DNA of 64,000 nt, taken from Eledone cirrhosa. Taxonomy: Eukaryota. The notes beneath the pieces are model-generated. The model was not told the origin of the DNA, made no database searches, and was given only the letters and a program-made list of their open reading frames with translations. Positions 13,371 through 26,800 of the stretch are shown one piece after another. The number at the start of each line of letters is the position of its first letter. The stretch's first letter is position 1. The stretch is from NCBI GenBank assembly GCA_964016885.1, contig OZ024751.1, positions 27,342,001 through 27,406,000 of the forward strand. Reading direction: 5' to 3'. The position numbers and the translations under genes were made by a program.

Positions 13371-14589
13371 TATATATATACAGTGGCGGACTGGGTCTAA
13401 AAATGTTGGTTGCCAGGAGACAAAGGGGGCCCACCCACATATAGTATGCTATAATTTAATTTTTATAATGACTAAATAACATTTTTAAAAAATACATAAG
13501 TGAAAGCAAAACTGCAAGCAAATTTTTGCGGGAAAAAATGTGTATTTCTTCTTACTAATTAAAGTGTATATATACTGTATATATTACTGGCAGTATACAG
13601 TAATACTAAATGTTAGTACAGAATGTTATAATTGAATTTCTAAATAATTGTGAATGTATAGTATATTATTATTTAGAGTAGAGTATGCAAAGCTACTCTC
13701 TGCGGGATTTGAACTCAGAATATGATGTACTGTTACAATATGCCACAAACCATGATGTCCAATGCTCTACTGATTCAATCTGCTGCGCTAATAAAAGGGT
13801 TAATAATGGATTTTCAAAAGTGTCAATAGAGCTAAAGTGTTTTGAAGGGATGGTATTCATATATGGCGAGCAGGATACTTCTTTGAATAAATTTCTGGTG
13901 TCAAGTAACATTTACTAAAAAATGTTAAGTTGCTATTTTACATATGATGCAAACTTTCTGTGAAAAATCTGTCAAATGAAATATTAAAACATATGGCAAT
14001 CAATTAATTAAGGACTTTCCTGATTCAGCAGAAATATGTCGACTTGTGTGGGGGAGGGGGTTTAGTTTCCAACTAATGTAGATCCTCTTTCAATCCTTTC
14101 TAATAATTGTTTCTACTTTTGGCACAATGCCAGCTATTACCCCAGTACATTACTGGTACTTTACTTTATTAACCCCCGTAAGGATGAAAGGCAAAGTTAA
14201 CCTCGGCAGGATTTGAACTTAGATCGTAAAGGTGCGTAACTCCATGCCGCAAAGCATGGCGTCCGTCCCTCTACCGACCGTGCCAATCCCTGGAAATATT
14301 AGAATCCCTTCTAATATTTCCAGAAACATCACTCCAAACCAACTTTCACATCTTCTCTCACTTCTACTCATTACCTACACTCAAAGACCGCCCCTCTTCC
14401 TCCTCCTACTCCTCTCTAACACTCCACAACTTGTCATTCCCCCTACACCGGCACACTGTCAACGGTCACTCCCTTTCCTACACTCACACACTAGTCACAC
14501 TCGACCCTCCTACTACCTACACTCACACACTCCTCCCCCTCCTATTACCTACACTCTCACACCAGTCACTCCCCCTCCTACTAACACTA

Positions 14590-14998
14590 TCACCACCACC
14601 ACTACAACCACCACCATCGCCATCACCACCACCACCACTACAACCATTACCACCAACACCACTACAACCACCACCACCACCACTACAACCACCACCATCG
14701 CCATCACCACCAACACCACTACAACCACCACCACATTCACCACCACCACCACCACTACAACCACTACCACCAACACCACTACAATCACCACCATCACCAT
14801 TACCACTACCACCACCACCACTACAACCACCACCACCACCACTACAACCACCACCACCACCACCACCTCCACCACCCCCACAAGGTGTGACCTTCACCTA
14901 TATTAACAGCTGTGAACACTTTAACCACAATCAATAATAATTTCTGGTTGAAAGGTGGAGGTGGGGGCGGTGAATATAGTGTAACTAATAGCACCACC

Positions 14999-15030
<32 letters not shown>

Positions 15031-15265
15031 CACCACCACCACTGCCATCACCAACACTGCTCCCATTACCAACATCACCACCACTGCCACCAACATCACC
15101 ACCACCATTGCCATCACCACAAACACCATCCCTATCACTACCACCACCATTACCTCCATCACCACCAACACTCTCCCTATTACCACCCACATCACCTACA
15201 CTCTTCCATTATCACCAACACCAGCACCAACACCACTATCACCCCCCCCCTCCCCCACCACCATC
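14590..15265. repeat. (ACC/ACT)n degenerate trinucleotide tracts
   Basis: Source of the poly-Thr/Pro/Val/Gly ORFs. Confidence 0.95.
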
Positions 15266-16915
15266 ACTAGGCAGTGTGATTTGTGAGAGATTTGGCTAAT
15301 GTTTCTGGCACATTGAGCGACAGTGTAGCAGACTCTCCGTTTTAAATTCGTCATTATTAGTTTGCCCTAATTGAGCAAAGACATTACATTATATAACGTA
15401 TCCTAAGAATAAAAGTTGGCACGATCTGAGTGAGATTTGACTGCGTTTTCTAGCAGGTCAATCTATATGACACCTGTATATATGTTGAAACAGCAGGAGC
15501 TCAGCCGTCGGTGCCCCGACTCTTTTATATAATCATATTCTACTACCGCAAGTATTCAATATATCCCAAGGGAATGATATTTTATCAACGCGTTAGTGTT
15601 ATAAGATGTTCTATATGTTTACTTCCCTCAATAAGGAGTCTTGAAGATATCTTTTCATTGGGATGCATGTTCGTGGCGAATTTTACTGCTCCTAATTAAT
15701 TGTTTTTGCTTTTGACACAAGGCCAGCAATTATCCCAGTGCATTACTGGTGCTTTATTTCATCGACTCCGTAAGGATGAAAAGCAAAGTTAACCTCGGCA
15801 AGATGACCGTATTGACTGCTTCTTCTAACGGCATGTTATGCCTGTTTATTCAAATATATACTTGCAGTCGTTCACTAATGTTTCTGAAGAAGACGGCCGT
15901 TCGAACGGGGATTTCGAGACTAGAAATAGGTAGAAACTTAACCACTACCATGCTAGTCGGTACATCGATCAATCGACTCTCTGAAACGATCGTAAAACAA
16001 TGAACTAACGTCTGACTTCTGTTGTTTTTTTTTATTGCTCTATGCACAAACATATGGAAGACGCTATGTAGCCTGTAAGAGTGTCAGACACCATGAGTTG
16101 CGGCCCGAGTTAAGAGAATTTTAAATCTTTTCTACCATCAATTGTTAAAAAACAAGTTTAAATTTTTTCGTCGTCCACTCGTAACGTAGATTACACTTAC
16201 AGGTGTCGCACCTATTTGTTGCTATCGTCTGCATATACTGAGAAAATACTAACTAAATTTAAAATAATCTTCGTTATATATAGAAAAGCATGGATCATCT
16301 GACTGATAGACAAGTCGGTCAACATATTGGTGGCCTCCCCAGTAGTCCCGGCAGACAGAATAGAGAAGGCGTTTACCCGGAGGACGGCAAGGGAGACGTG
16401 CTGAAAGTCTCATATTACACTTACATACACACACACATCTGCACCTAAATACATAAACAGATATAGACAACAGAAGGAAGGGGATGGTGAACCGCTATAG
16501 CGATGTGTGTTGCGTCATTCTAGGGTTTACCGGCTATATAGCCTATTAGCAAACATATATATGTAACTGACTGTAACCTGGACGGATTTTCTTCGAGGAT
16601 ATCTAAAGCAGTGATTACCTACCACAAAATACTACTGGGGATACTGCCCAATCTCGCTGTAACCATCCTTCCAAGGACACAGAGTTCTAACAATGTTATT
16701 AGCCCCACCACAACCAGGTGGCCTCCGATATATATATATATTGGCAGTATCGGTAGAGGGTCGGACGCTATGCTATGCTTTGCAGCAAAGAGTTACGGCC
16801 CTTTATGGTCTGAGTTCAAATCCCGCCGAGGTTAACTTTGCCTTTCATCCTTACGGGGTCGATATTACACTGGGATAATTGCTGGCCTTGTGCCAAAAGT
16901 AGAAAAAATTATATA

Positions 16916-17315
16916 CAGTTGTAACTCGGTATTCGCTGGGGTACCCACGAAGAATGAAAAACCGCGAATATTGGACGTTATGTGAAAACATAACGTAAAA
17001 TATAGAGTTTCTACTTTCGGCACAAGACCAGCGAATACCTCAGTGCACCACTGGTACTTTATTTTATCGATCTCGTAAGGATGAAAGGCAAAGTTAACCT
17101 CGGCGGAGGCTGACAAATACGGTATATTGTTATTAATAATTTAGCGCTAAAAACGTGAAAAAATATATATTGCCACGAAAAAGTCATTAAAAAATCGCGG
17201 AAGATATTTATGATTTAGCGAATATGCGGTGGTTTCCACGAACAATTATTAGTTAGGTTCCAAAGAAAATTCCGCGAATAACTGGGACCGCGAAGTCGGG
17301 ACTGGGGGTACACTG
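16916..17315. mobile_element. pogo/Tigger-like MITE (TA-flanked, CAGT..ACTG ends) with an internal SINE fragment
   Basis: ta|cagttgtaactcggtattcgc ... ccgcgaata..gggggtacactg|ta. Confidence 0.55.
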
Positions 17316-17438
17316 TATATATATATATATATCGGAACATGTATGACCATACATGTTCCTATTACCCACTCTACTACCCTAAGTATTGAGTACTCTGGTG
17401 TGTTATGGTCCATCTGGTTCCCTACCACAACTCCTTCG

Positions 17439-17523
<85 letters not shown>

Positions 17524-17599
17524 AGGTTTGTTGTAGAGGGTAATATGTTGGTAGCACACCGTTTCCTTGCCGATGCTATGTTGTTGGTTTTATGAATGA

Positions 17600-17705
17600 A
17601 TGATGAAGGAAATATTAAAGAAGATAGAAGAGTTACAACTGTTAATTCCCCATTCAACTTACATCACTTCACATAACCACATTAAACAGTTTGCTTGGTC
17701 GTCAG
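17600..17705 (+). CDS. CHD1L: CHD1L putative exon 1 ([35 protein letters not shown])
   Basis: ATG at 17600, open frame to donor CAG|GTAATT; phase 1 matches exon 2 (G+AT=Asp). Weak sequence conservation, so less certain. Confidence 0.65.
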
Positions 17706-17829
17706 GTAATTCCACAATACACACTTTACACCGTCTTTTCTTGTCAAAAAATATAGCGCGGGTAAATTGCGTTGTTTTGGTGGGGAAGTATGTATATGTG
17801 TATGTATGTATATTGGTGACAAATTTACT

Positions 17830-17887
<58 letters not shown>

Positions 17888-20800
17888 CACTTCTAAATAA
17901 TTGTTGATGTTATTGTATTTCTAGGTCTAGTTTCAGTTTTTGTTATATTGTATTTCCTCTGCGTATAACTGCAAGGCTTACATACACATACATATATACA
18001 TACATACTCATTCATACAAATATACATACATAGGCTGCTTGCCTAACAGAGGTAACTGGTGTTGCTTGTGGGGGTGCTTCGTTGTTCCAGCACCTCAGGT
18101 AACGCTGCCAGTGTACTGGCCCGCCTCACATATCATTAGAGAGGTTTCCCACTACTCCTCGCGATATTGTTACCTTTTGCTCTGGCGGCGGTTTGTTTGT
18201 TTACTCCTTTCGCCGCCCTTTTCTTGTATGTATCATAAAACCAGAGGTAGGTTCGGGTGATTTGGTATGCTTAGTGTTAGACTCACAGCGCTCTCTCTGC
18301 CGAACAATCCCAACAGCTTAACTAGTTATAGATGGTTATTGCTGTCTTAGCAAGAGCTTCTATTCTTGTCGTCCTACAGAAAGAGAAAGATAGCAGTGTT
18401 GATGAACTGTGTGTCTCTGTGTGTTTAGATATATTGTGAAGGTTTGTCCTGCTCTTTCAAGGTCTAATGTTTATTAAAGACATACATGCCAATCAAGGAG
18501 TGAAGAGGACTCTGTAATTGTGTCACCGGCATGACAATCTCCCTAGTGTTGGTGCCATGATAAAACACACTGAGGACACAGTGGTTGATGATAGGAAGAG
18601 CATCCAGCCGTAGAAAACTTGCTAGTGTTGGTGCCATGATAAAACACACCAAAGACACTCTGTAAAGTGGTTTGGCATGTTTCTATAGCATCCAGCTATA
18701 GAGAACATGTCAAACAAAAGGTACAATGATTCACATCATTATCATTTAACATCCATTTTACCTGCTAGCAAGAATTAGATGAGTCATCACTGATCAAGCC
18801 AGAACTCAATTGGAGCTACTGACCTCTAAATGAGCAGGAAGGTGTACTACTGAGTATTCAGATGGGCTTGGGGTGTATTCATCTCACATTCCTGCACTCT
18901 ACTGTGTCTACTTTATCATAGCACCATCACTAAGAAAGTTGTCATGTCTTTGACACAGCTAAAGGTTCCTCTCAAACTGTCATTTGGTAGATTTTCTACA
19001 GCTGGATGTCCTTCCTATTACCAACACAAGGAAGGTTGTCATATCACCAACACGAGGAAGGTTGTCCTGTATATCACCAACACGAGGAAGGTTGTCATGT
19101 ATATCACCAACACGAGGAAGGTTGTCCTGTATATCACCAACACGAGGAAGGTTGTCCTGTATATCACCAACACGAGGAAGGTTGTCATGTATATCACCAG
19201 CACAAGGAAGGTTGTCATGTATATCACCAACACGAGGAAGGTTGTCCTGTCTTTGACATAACTGAAGAGTCCTCTCGACCCTTTCTACAGCTGGATGCTT
19301 TTGACATATTCTGGTCATCAATGAGGGTCTCAAGAGTGATTTGGGATGTACATGAAGGCTTCGGAATGATAGGGAAAGATTGCTACTGTCATCTACAGTA
19401 TTGAGAGGAAGGTCCACCATCACGTGGTGCTAGAAAAATGACATAAAATTGAATTAGATTTTGCGGTCTGAAATTTCGGAAGTTGAAATAGCCTCATCAT
19501 CATCATCATCATCATCACCAGCCCCACCACCACCATTATATTTTCCTTTGATTTCACTTTATATGTCAAATACTACCAAGTCCTCCACCTGATAGGACAG
19601 GTATTGTTGGTTTTGACAGTTTTATGTCAAATACTACCAAGGTCCTTTGGGCAATAGCCAAAGGTCCTTTGGCCAATAACCAAAGGTCCTATGGCCAGGT
19701 CCTATGGGCAATAGCCAAAGGTCCTTTGGCCAATAGCCAAAGGTCCTTTGGGCAATAGCCAAAGGTCCTTTGGGCAATAGCCAAAGGTCCTTTGGGCAAT
19801 AGCCAAAGGTCCTTTGGCCAATAGCCAAAGGACCTTTGGATCATTCCTTCTTCAACTTTCCAACACCCTTCTTAAAATTCCTGCTGTTCTAGCAAAGCTG
19901 TTTTCTGCAACAATCCTGTCCTGGTGGTAATTCCTAGCTTCTTAAGCCATCTAACCTTTTACTAACTATTCCCAGTGCACCAACCACAATCAGTACCACT
20001 TCTACATTTCAGATTCTCCATAGTTTCCTGATTTCTCTTTTCAGCTCCTGGTATTTCTCAACTTTTTCACTTTCCTATTATTATTATTATTATTATTATT
20101 ATTGTTTTTCCTTTTCCTTCAGTATTGTTTCTGATATATGTTGGGGCAATCCCTGTTCAAGTGACCATCCAGGTCCATAATCGGAGAAGAGTTTGTGCCA
20201 GAGGAGGACTTTTCCATCTCAGGTTGGCACCTTCCTGAGGGACGCACTTCCTGATTAACCATAGGACAAGTGATTTGGTGTTCTGTATTAATTTTTATTT
20301 GTTCTTCCTGCAATACATACTTTGTTACGTATTATTATTATTGTTATTATTATTATTTCTACTTCAGATCTCCAACTCCATCAGTACCAACAATCTGGTG
20401 CGAACTGGTTGCTGTCTCAGTACTATAACAATCATGGCTGTATCCTTGGAGATGAAATGGGACTTGGTAAAACCTGCCAGGTACCCTCAATCTTTTCATC
20501 TTTTTTCTCATTCATATCTCTGTGTTTGGTTCTTCCTTCTTCCAGCTAACCAAGCAGCCCAATCGTACTCCAGGAACTCACCATAATTCTATATCTAATG
20601 ACATACACTCATTTCAATTATTTAATGAAGAACATTGGAGGATTTATTAAAATTATTAATTATTTCATTACTAAGATAGTAACTTAACAAATGCTTCTTA
20701 TATAAAATTATGTTGGAAGATTTTGATTTAATTAGGAACCCTTTAAAATGTGTGGTTCTGTTTCATAGAACCAGAGCTGGGTTGGTACCAAAGAACCAGA

Positions 20801-23800
20801 GCTGGAGTTGGCTGGGTTGGTATCAAAGAACCAGAGCTGGAGTTGGTACCAAAAGGGTTAAATTGCCGTTAATACAATTCTATTCTTTTTGCAACTCATA
20901 AAACTGGTTTCTGTCTCCTTCAGTGAAGAAAACATTAAAATTTCTCTCCATAGAATACTTAAAATAGGGACTATGTGAACTTCTGAAAGATCCTGTTTAT
21001 AGTGAGTTGTTCTGCCCAATATAACAGCCAGGTTTCTCTCAACAAATTCCTGTAGGTTTCCCTCAATTCTCTGCTACAACTCAGTTCTATACTTTACTAT
21101 TGCTGGCAAATTGTCACAGTTGTTAAGGCATAACATAAAATGCTTCGCAACATTTGTTCTAGCTCTCTCTTAGTTCAAATCTTGCCAAGGTCAACTTTAC
21201 TTTTCATTTTTGTGGGTTCAATAAGTAAAGTATCAGTCAGGTTCTAGGGGTCAGTTCTTCTCTCTCTCTCGCTGGAGAGGGATGGGCTATACTAGGTTTA
21301 GATGGTCAAGACACACCCTAGGTCATGGTGTCATACTGCTTCCATCTTCTTCCTCAGAGTAAAAACGTCTGATTTGTCTCAAAAGGGTTAGCTGAGACAG
21401 GGACTTGACAGAATTGTTAGAATATAGAACCAAATACCTGGCAGTGTTTGTTCCAGCTGTTTGCACATTCAGTTGAAATCCTGTCATGGTCAACTTTATT
21501 TTTCAGTACCGGTTGTGGCTGCTGTACTCACTGAATCGGTAGAGCATCAGATGAGATATCTTCTGCTATTCCAGCTCTCTGTGTTCTCAGCTCAAATAAC
21601 CCTGCGGTCTACATTGGAGGTAGATGTAATCCAACACGCAGTTTAACCCCACAAACTGGCTCTGGGGTGCCTTTAGCAGAGTCCACTCTGTTGCAAGCAT
21701 TTAGGCTAGTTCTCCTGTTTGAAAATACCTTTTCCCTTCCCACCAGTATTGGAGGTCCTGAAAACTGCAATGGGCATTGCATCTCCCCCTCTGTCTAGCT
21801 AGTAAAATAATAATAATAATTGTTTTTGACATTGGCACAAGCCCAGCCAATTCAAAGGGAAGGGGGGAAAGTCAGTTAAATCAACATCAGTACATTACTG
21901 GTACTTTATCAACCCCGTAAGGATGAAGGTCAAAGCTAACCTCGGCGGGATTTGAACTCAGAACGTAAAGGTCTGTAACTATATGTTACAATACATTTTG
22001 TTCAACACTTTAACAATTCTGCCAATCTGCCTAATAACAAAGTTAGAACTAATTAGGAATTTTAACGAAATAGATACAGGAAATAAGTAATGAAAATAGG
22101 TTGGGAGTTTTAATGGTAAACATCTTCTGATTTTTAATCTGTTGAATATGTTCTGTTTTAAAGTGGTGAAGTACATCTAAGAAGTACTGAGGTCGCCTGG
22201 CAGTCTGAGGTCACCTGGCAAAGCTGAGGTCACCTGGCAAAGCTGAGGTCACCAGGCAAAGCTGAGGTCACCTGGCACAGCTGCTAGCTTCTTAACTTAA
22301 TTCTTATTGAAAACCTTCATTCCAGCTGTTTGAAATGGGTTTCAAGATTAACTGCAATATAGAAATGTTTTTTTTTTTTGTTTTTCTTTTCATAAGCTAT
22401 TTTCCATGGTTTATTATTATTATGTGTATAGAAGTGAATTGGTAGAATTGGTAGAGCATCGAACAAAAGACTTTGTGGCATTTAATTACAACCCTTTAAG
22501 TTCTGAGTTCAGATCTCATCAAGACTAACTTTGCATTTCATCTGGGGTTGATGAAATAAAGTACCAGTAAGACACTGGGTTAGATTTAATCTCTCTCCCC
22601 CCCAAATTGTTGGCCCTGTGCCAAAGCCATCATTATGTTTTGTTTTCTTTCCCAGACAATTGCCTGCATCTTGTACCTCCGTAAAGTGGAGAAGATTAGA
22701 AGACCGGACATTATTATCTGTCCACGATCAATCCTGGAAAACTGGCAAGTGGAGTTTGAGAGGTAGGTTGGAGTGGAGGTAGTGCTTGAGTGTGAGGTGG
22801 TGGTTGGAGTGGAGGTGGTGGTTGAGTGTGAGGTTTACTGTAAGAACTAGAGTGGAGGTGGTGGTTGAGTGAGGTTTAATGTAAGAACTGGAGTGGAGGT
22901 TTAGTGTTTAATATCTAACTCATGATTTACAGTGTCTAAACTTTTTGATTTCAATCTCACTGCTTAGCATCTTAACCAGCAAATTTGGTTGACTGAAACT
23001 GTGTGGAAGACCGTTAGAGAAACTGTTCCAGCACCTTTGTCATTGGGTGCTTTTAGTGGTGCCTTACTCTATTATAAGTATTCTGATCAAATCTCTGATT
23101 TGGGGGTGCCTCCCTCCCAACAGTCTCTGAGGTCCTGGTAAGAGCCGTGGGGGTTACCCTCCCTCCCAACAGTCTCTGAGGTCCTGGTAAGGGCCGTGGG
23201 TGTTACCCTCCCTCCCAACACTCTGAGGTCCTGGTAAGAGCCGTGGGTGTTACCCTGCCTCCCAATACTCTGAGGTCCTGGTAAGAGCCGTGGGTGTTAC
23301 CCTCCCTCCCAACACTCTGAGGTCCTGGTAAGAGCCGTGGGTGTTACCCTGCCTCCCAGTACTCTGAGGTTCTGGTAAGGGCCGTGGGTGTTACCCTCCC
23401 TCCCAACACTCTGAGGTCCTGGTAAGAGCCGTGGGTGTTACCCTCCCTCCCAACACTCTGAGGTCCTGGTAAGGGCCGTGGGTGTTACCCTCCCTCCCAA
23501 CACTCTGAGGTCCTGGTAAGAGCCGTGGGTGTTACCCTCCCTCCCAACAGTCTCTGAGGTCCTGGTAAGGGCCATGGGTGTTACCCTTGTTTCTCCCACT
23601 ATATCATGTAAAAATCCTATTGGAGTTGATTTTACCTTTTATTTCTGTGAGGAAGACAATGAAATAATTTACTGAAATGTTTGGCTAAAATACCAGTAAT
23701 ATACCAGGGTCACTGAAGTAAGCTGTGGCATATTTTGTATCCATCACTTGTGATAAATACCAGTAATATACCAGTCAACCCCCCATACTATGGTAGATCT

Positions 23801-26800
23801 ATATTCACCTCCCATACTATGGTAGAACTATTCACTTCCCATACTGTGGTACATCTATAGTCACCTCCCATACTGTGGTACATCTATAGTCACCTCCCAT
23901 ACTGTGGTACATCTATAGTCACCTCCCATACTGTGGTACATCTATAGTCACCTCCCATACTGTGGTACATCTATAGTCACCTCCCATACGGTGGTACATC
24001 TATAGTCACCTCCCATACGGTGGTACATCTATAGTCACCTCCCATACTGTGGTACATCTATAGTCACCTCCCATACGGTGGTACATCTATAGTCACCTCC
24101 CATACGGTGGTACATCTATAGTCACCTCCCATACTGTGGTACATCTATAGTCACCTCCCATACTGTGGTACATCTATAGTCACCTCCCATACTGTGGTAC
24201 ATCTATAGTCACCTCCCATACTGTGGTACATCTATAGTCACTTCCCATACTGTGGTACATCTATAGTCACCTCCCATACTGTGGTACATCTATAGTCACC
24301 TCCCATACGGTGGTACATCTATAGTCACCTCCCATACGGTGGTACATCTATAGTCACCTCCCATACTGTGGTACATCTATAGTCACCTCCCATACTGTGG
24401 TACATCTATAGTCACCTCCCATACTGTGGTACATCTATAGTCACCTCCCATACTGTGGTACATCTATAGTCACTTCCCATACTGTGGTACATCTATAGTC
24501 ACCTCCCATACTGTGGTACATCTATAGTCACCTCCCATACGGTGGTACATCTATAGTCACCTCCCATACGGTGGTACATCTATAGTCACCTCCCATACTG
24601 TGGTACATCTATAGTCACCTCCCATACTGTGGTACATCTATAGTCACCTCCCATACGGTGGTACATCTATAGTCACCTCCCATACGGTGGTACATCTATA
24701 GTCACCTCCCATACTATGGTACATCTATAGTCACCTCCCATACTGTGGTACATCTATAGTCACCTCCCATACGGTGGTACATCTATAGTCACCTCCCATA
24801 CTATGGTACATCTATAGTCACCTCCCATACTGTGGTACATCTATAGTCACCTCCCATACGGTGGTACATCTATAGTCACTCTCCATATTCTGGTAGACCC
24901 ACAGTGACTCTCCCTATACTGTGGTACATCTATAGTCACCCCCCATACTGTGGTAGACCACCTCCCTCACTCACTTCTACCCCTCTCCCTCCCATATTTT
25001 TTTATGCTGTCATGTCATATAATTGTTTGTCATCAAACTCGTTAACACTCATAAACTTGTTAACACTAATGAACTCATTAACACTAATAAACTAATTAAC
25101 AGCAATCCAAACCCATGCAAGCGTGGAACACGGACGCTAAACCTGATGATGATGATGATGATGATGAACTCATTAAACCTAATAAACTTGTTAACTCTAA
25201 TAAACTCATTAACACTAATGAACTCGTTAACACTAATGAACTCGTTAACCCTCATGAACTCGTTAACCCTCATGAACTTGTTAATCCTCATGAATTTGTT
25301 AACAGCAATGAACTCATTAACCCTCATGTTTTATGTACTTGTGATGTAATTAAATCCTTCACCCTCAGTAGTAACTATTTCACTGACACTGTCTCTCTTT
25401 CTTTCTCTCCTCCCACAAAATACCACCACCACCACCACCATCACCACCACCACCATCACCACCACTACCACCATCACCACCACCACTACCACCATCACCA
25501 CCACCACCACCATCACCACCACCACCACCACCATCACCACTGCCACCACCATCACCACCACCACCATCACCACCACCACCACCACCACCACCACCATCAC
25601 CACCACCACCTGTCTCAACAAACCAGGTTCTCCCCCAATCTAAAAGTGAAGTGTTTGATTGGTGACAAGACTACAAGACAAGAGATTCTGAACAAGATTG
25701 TTTCTATGGCAACAGATGCAGATGTTACACTTGACGTCCTGATAACAACCTATGAGGTAAGTTAGACAATCTGTTCTGCTGGGGTGGACATGGTAGGAAC
25801 GTGTCTATTGGATATAGGGACAATGATGATGATCATGTTTCAGATTTTATTGTTTATTTATTTACATAGAAGTTAGTAGAAAAGCTGAATTCTTTAAACT
25901 TTATCAGAAGGTCCCAAGTTGAAACCTTACCAGTTCTACCAAACCTTACCAGTTCTACCAAACTTACCAGTTCTACCAAACCTTACCATTATGATATGTC
26001 TGCCTATCTCATACCTGAATTCCCTTCTTAGGGACCTCTTTTATTTCTGGTTAGGGTTTTTGTTAATTATTGTTTTTTTATTATTTATGCCAGAATATCA
26101 CCGTAAATGTAAAGGAGTTACATATTTCTCAGATATATTATACTTTTAAGATGGGATGGTCATAACTGGAACACCTTTCAACAGAAATGAGCAACTTCTT
26201 TTTGTAATTGCCCATTTTTGACTTTTGAAAAATGGTGGCCCACATGTATTTCATATCATATGGTATATCATACATATAAAACTTTAAAAAGGTCTGAGGC
26301 CCACTGAGAAGTGAAAGTATGTGGCCTAGTGGTTAGAATGTTTGACTCGTGATAATAAGGTTGTGGGTTTGATTCCTGGACTGGGTGGGATGTTGTGTTC
26401 TGGAGAAAGTCTCTTCATTTCACATTGCTTTTCATAATAGGACTTTAGGCCCCCTATCATTAAAACATCCATTAAACCTCCTATGAAATGTAACATCATA
26501 GGAAGCCTGCTAAACCTGCAATAGGTGTGTGCTGAACATTTCATTTCAGTTTCACAGAGAATCTACCTGGCTCACCTGTTGTTGAGCCCCACTGTTGATC
26601 ATAAGTCTGCTGTAGGAACAGGGTGGGCTAGACAACAACACTACACCTGAGCCCCACTGTTGATCATAAGTCTGCTGTAGGAACAGGGTGGGCTAGACAA
26701 CAACACTACACCTGAGCCCCACTGTTGATCATAAGTCTGCTGTAGGAACAGGGTGGGCTAGACAACAACACTACACCTGAGCCCCATTGTTGATCATAAG

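Noticed and set aside
14232-15299. Mucin-like, Pro-rich or Gly-rich ORFs
   Set aside because: Trinucleotide microsatellite open in multiple frames, beginning inside a SINE.
15862-16444. Possible minus-strand exons with AG/GT borders
   Set aside because: No consistent reading frame; part is a CRE-like LINE remnant. A lncRNA cannot be excluded without expression data.
20122-20260. Extra CHD1L exon after a good pyrimidine tract
   Set aside because: Exons 1 and 2 already join in phase, there is no homology or strong donor, and it is probably a LINE remnant.
23780-24960. 29-bp, 25-bp, 30-bp and 49-bp arrays as CRISPR-like repeats
   Set aside because: Head-to-tail units without unique spacers, eukaryotic intronic context, no cas genes.
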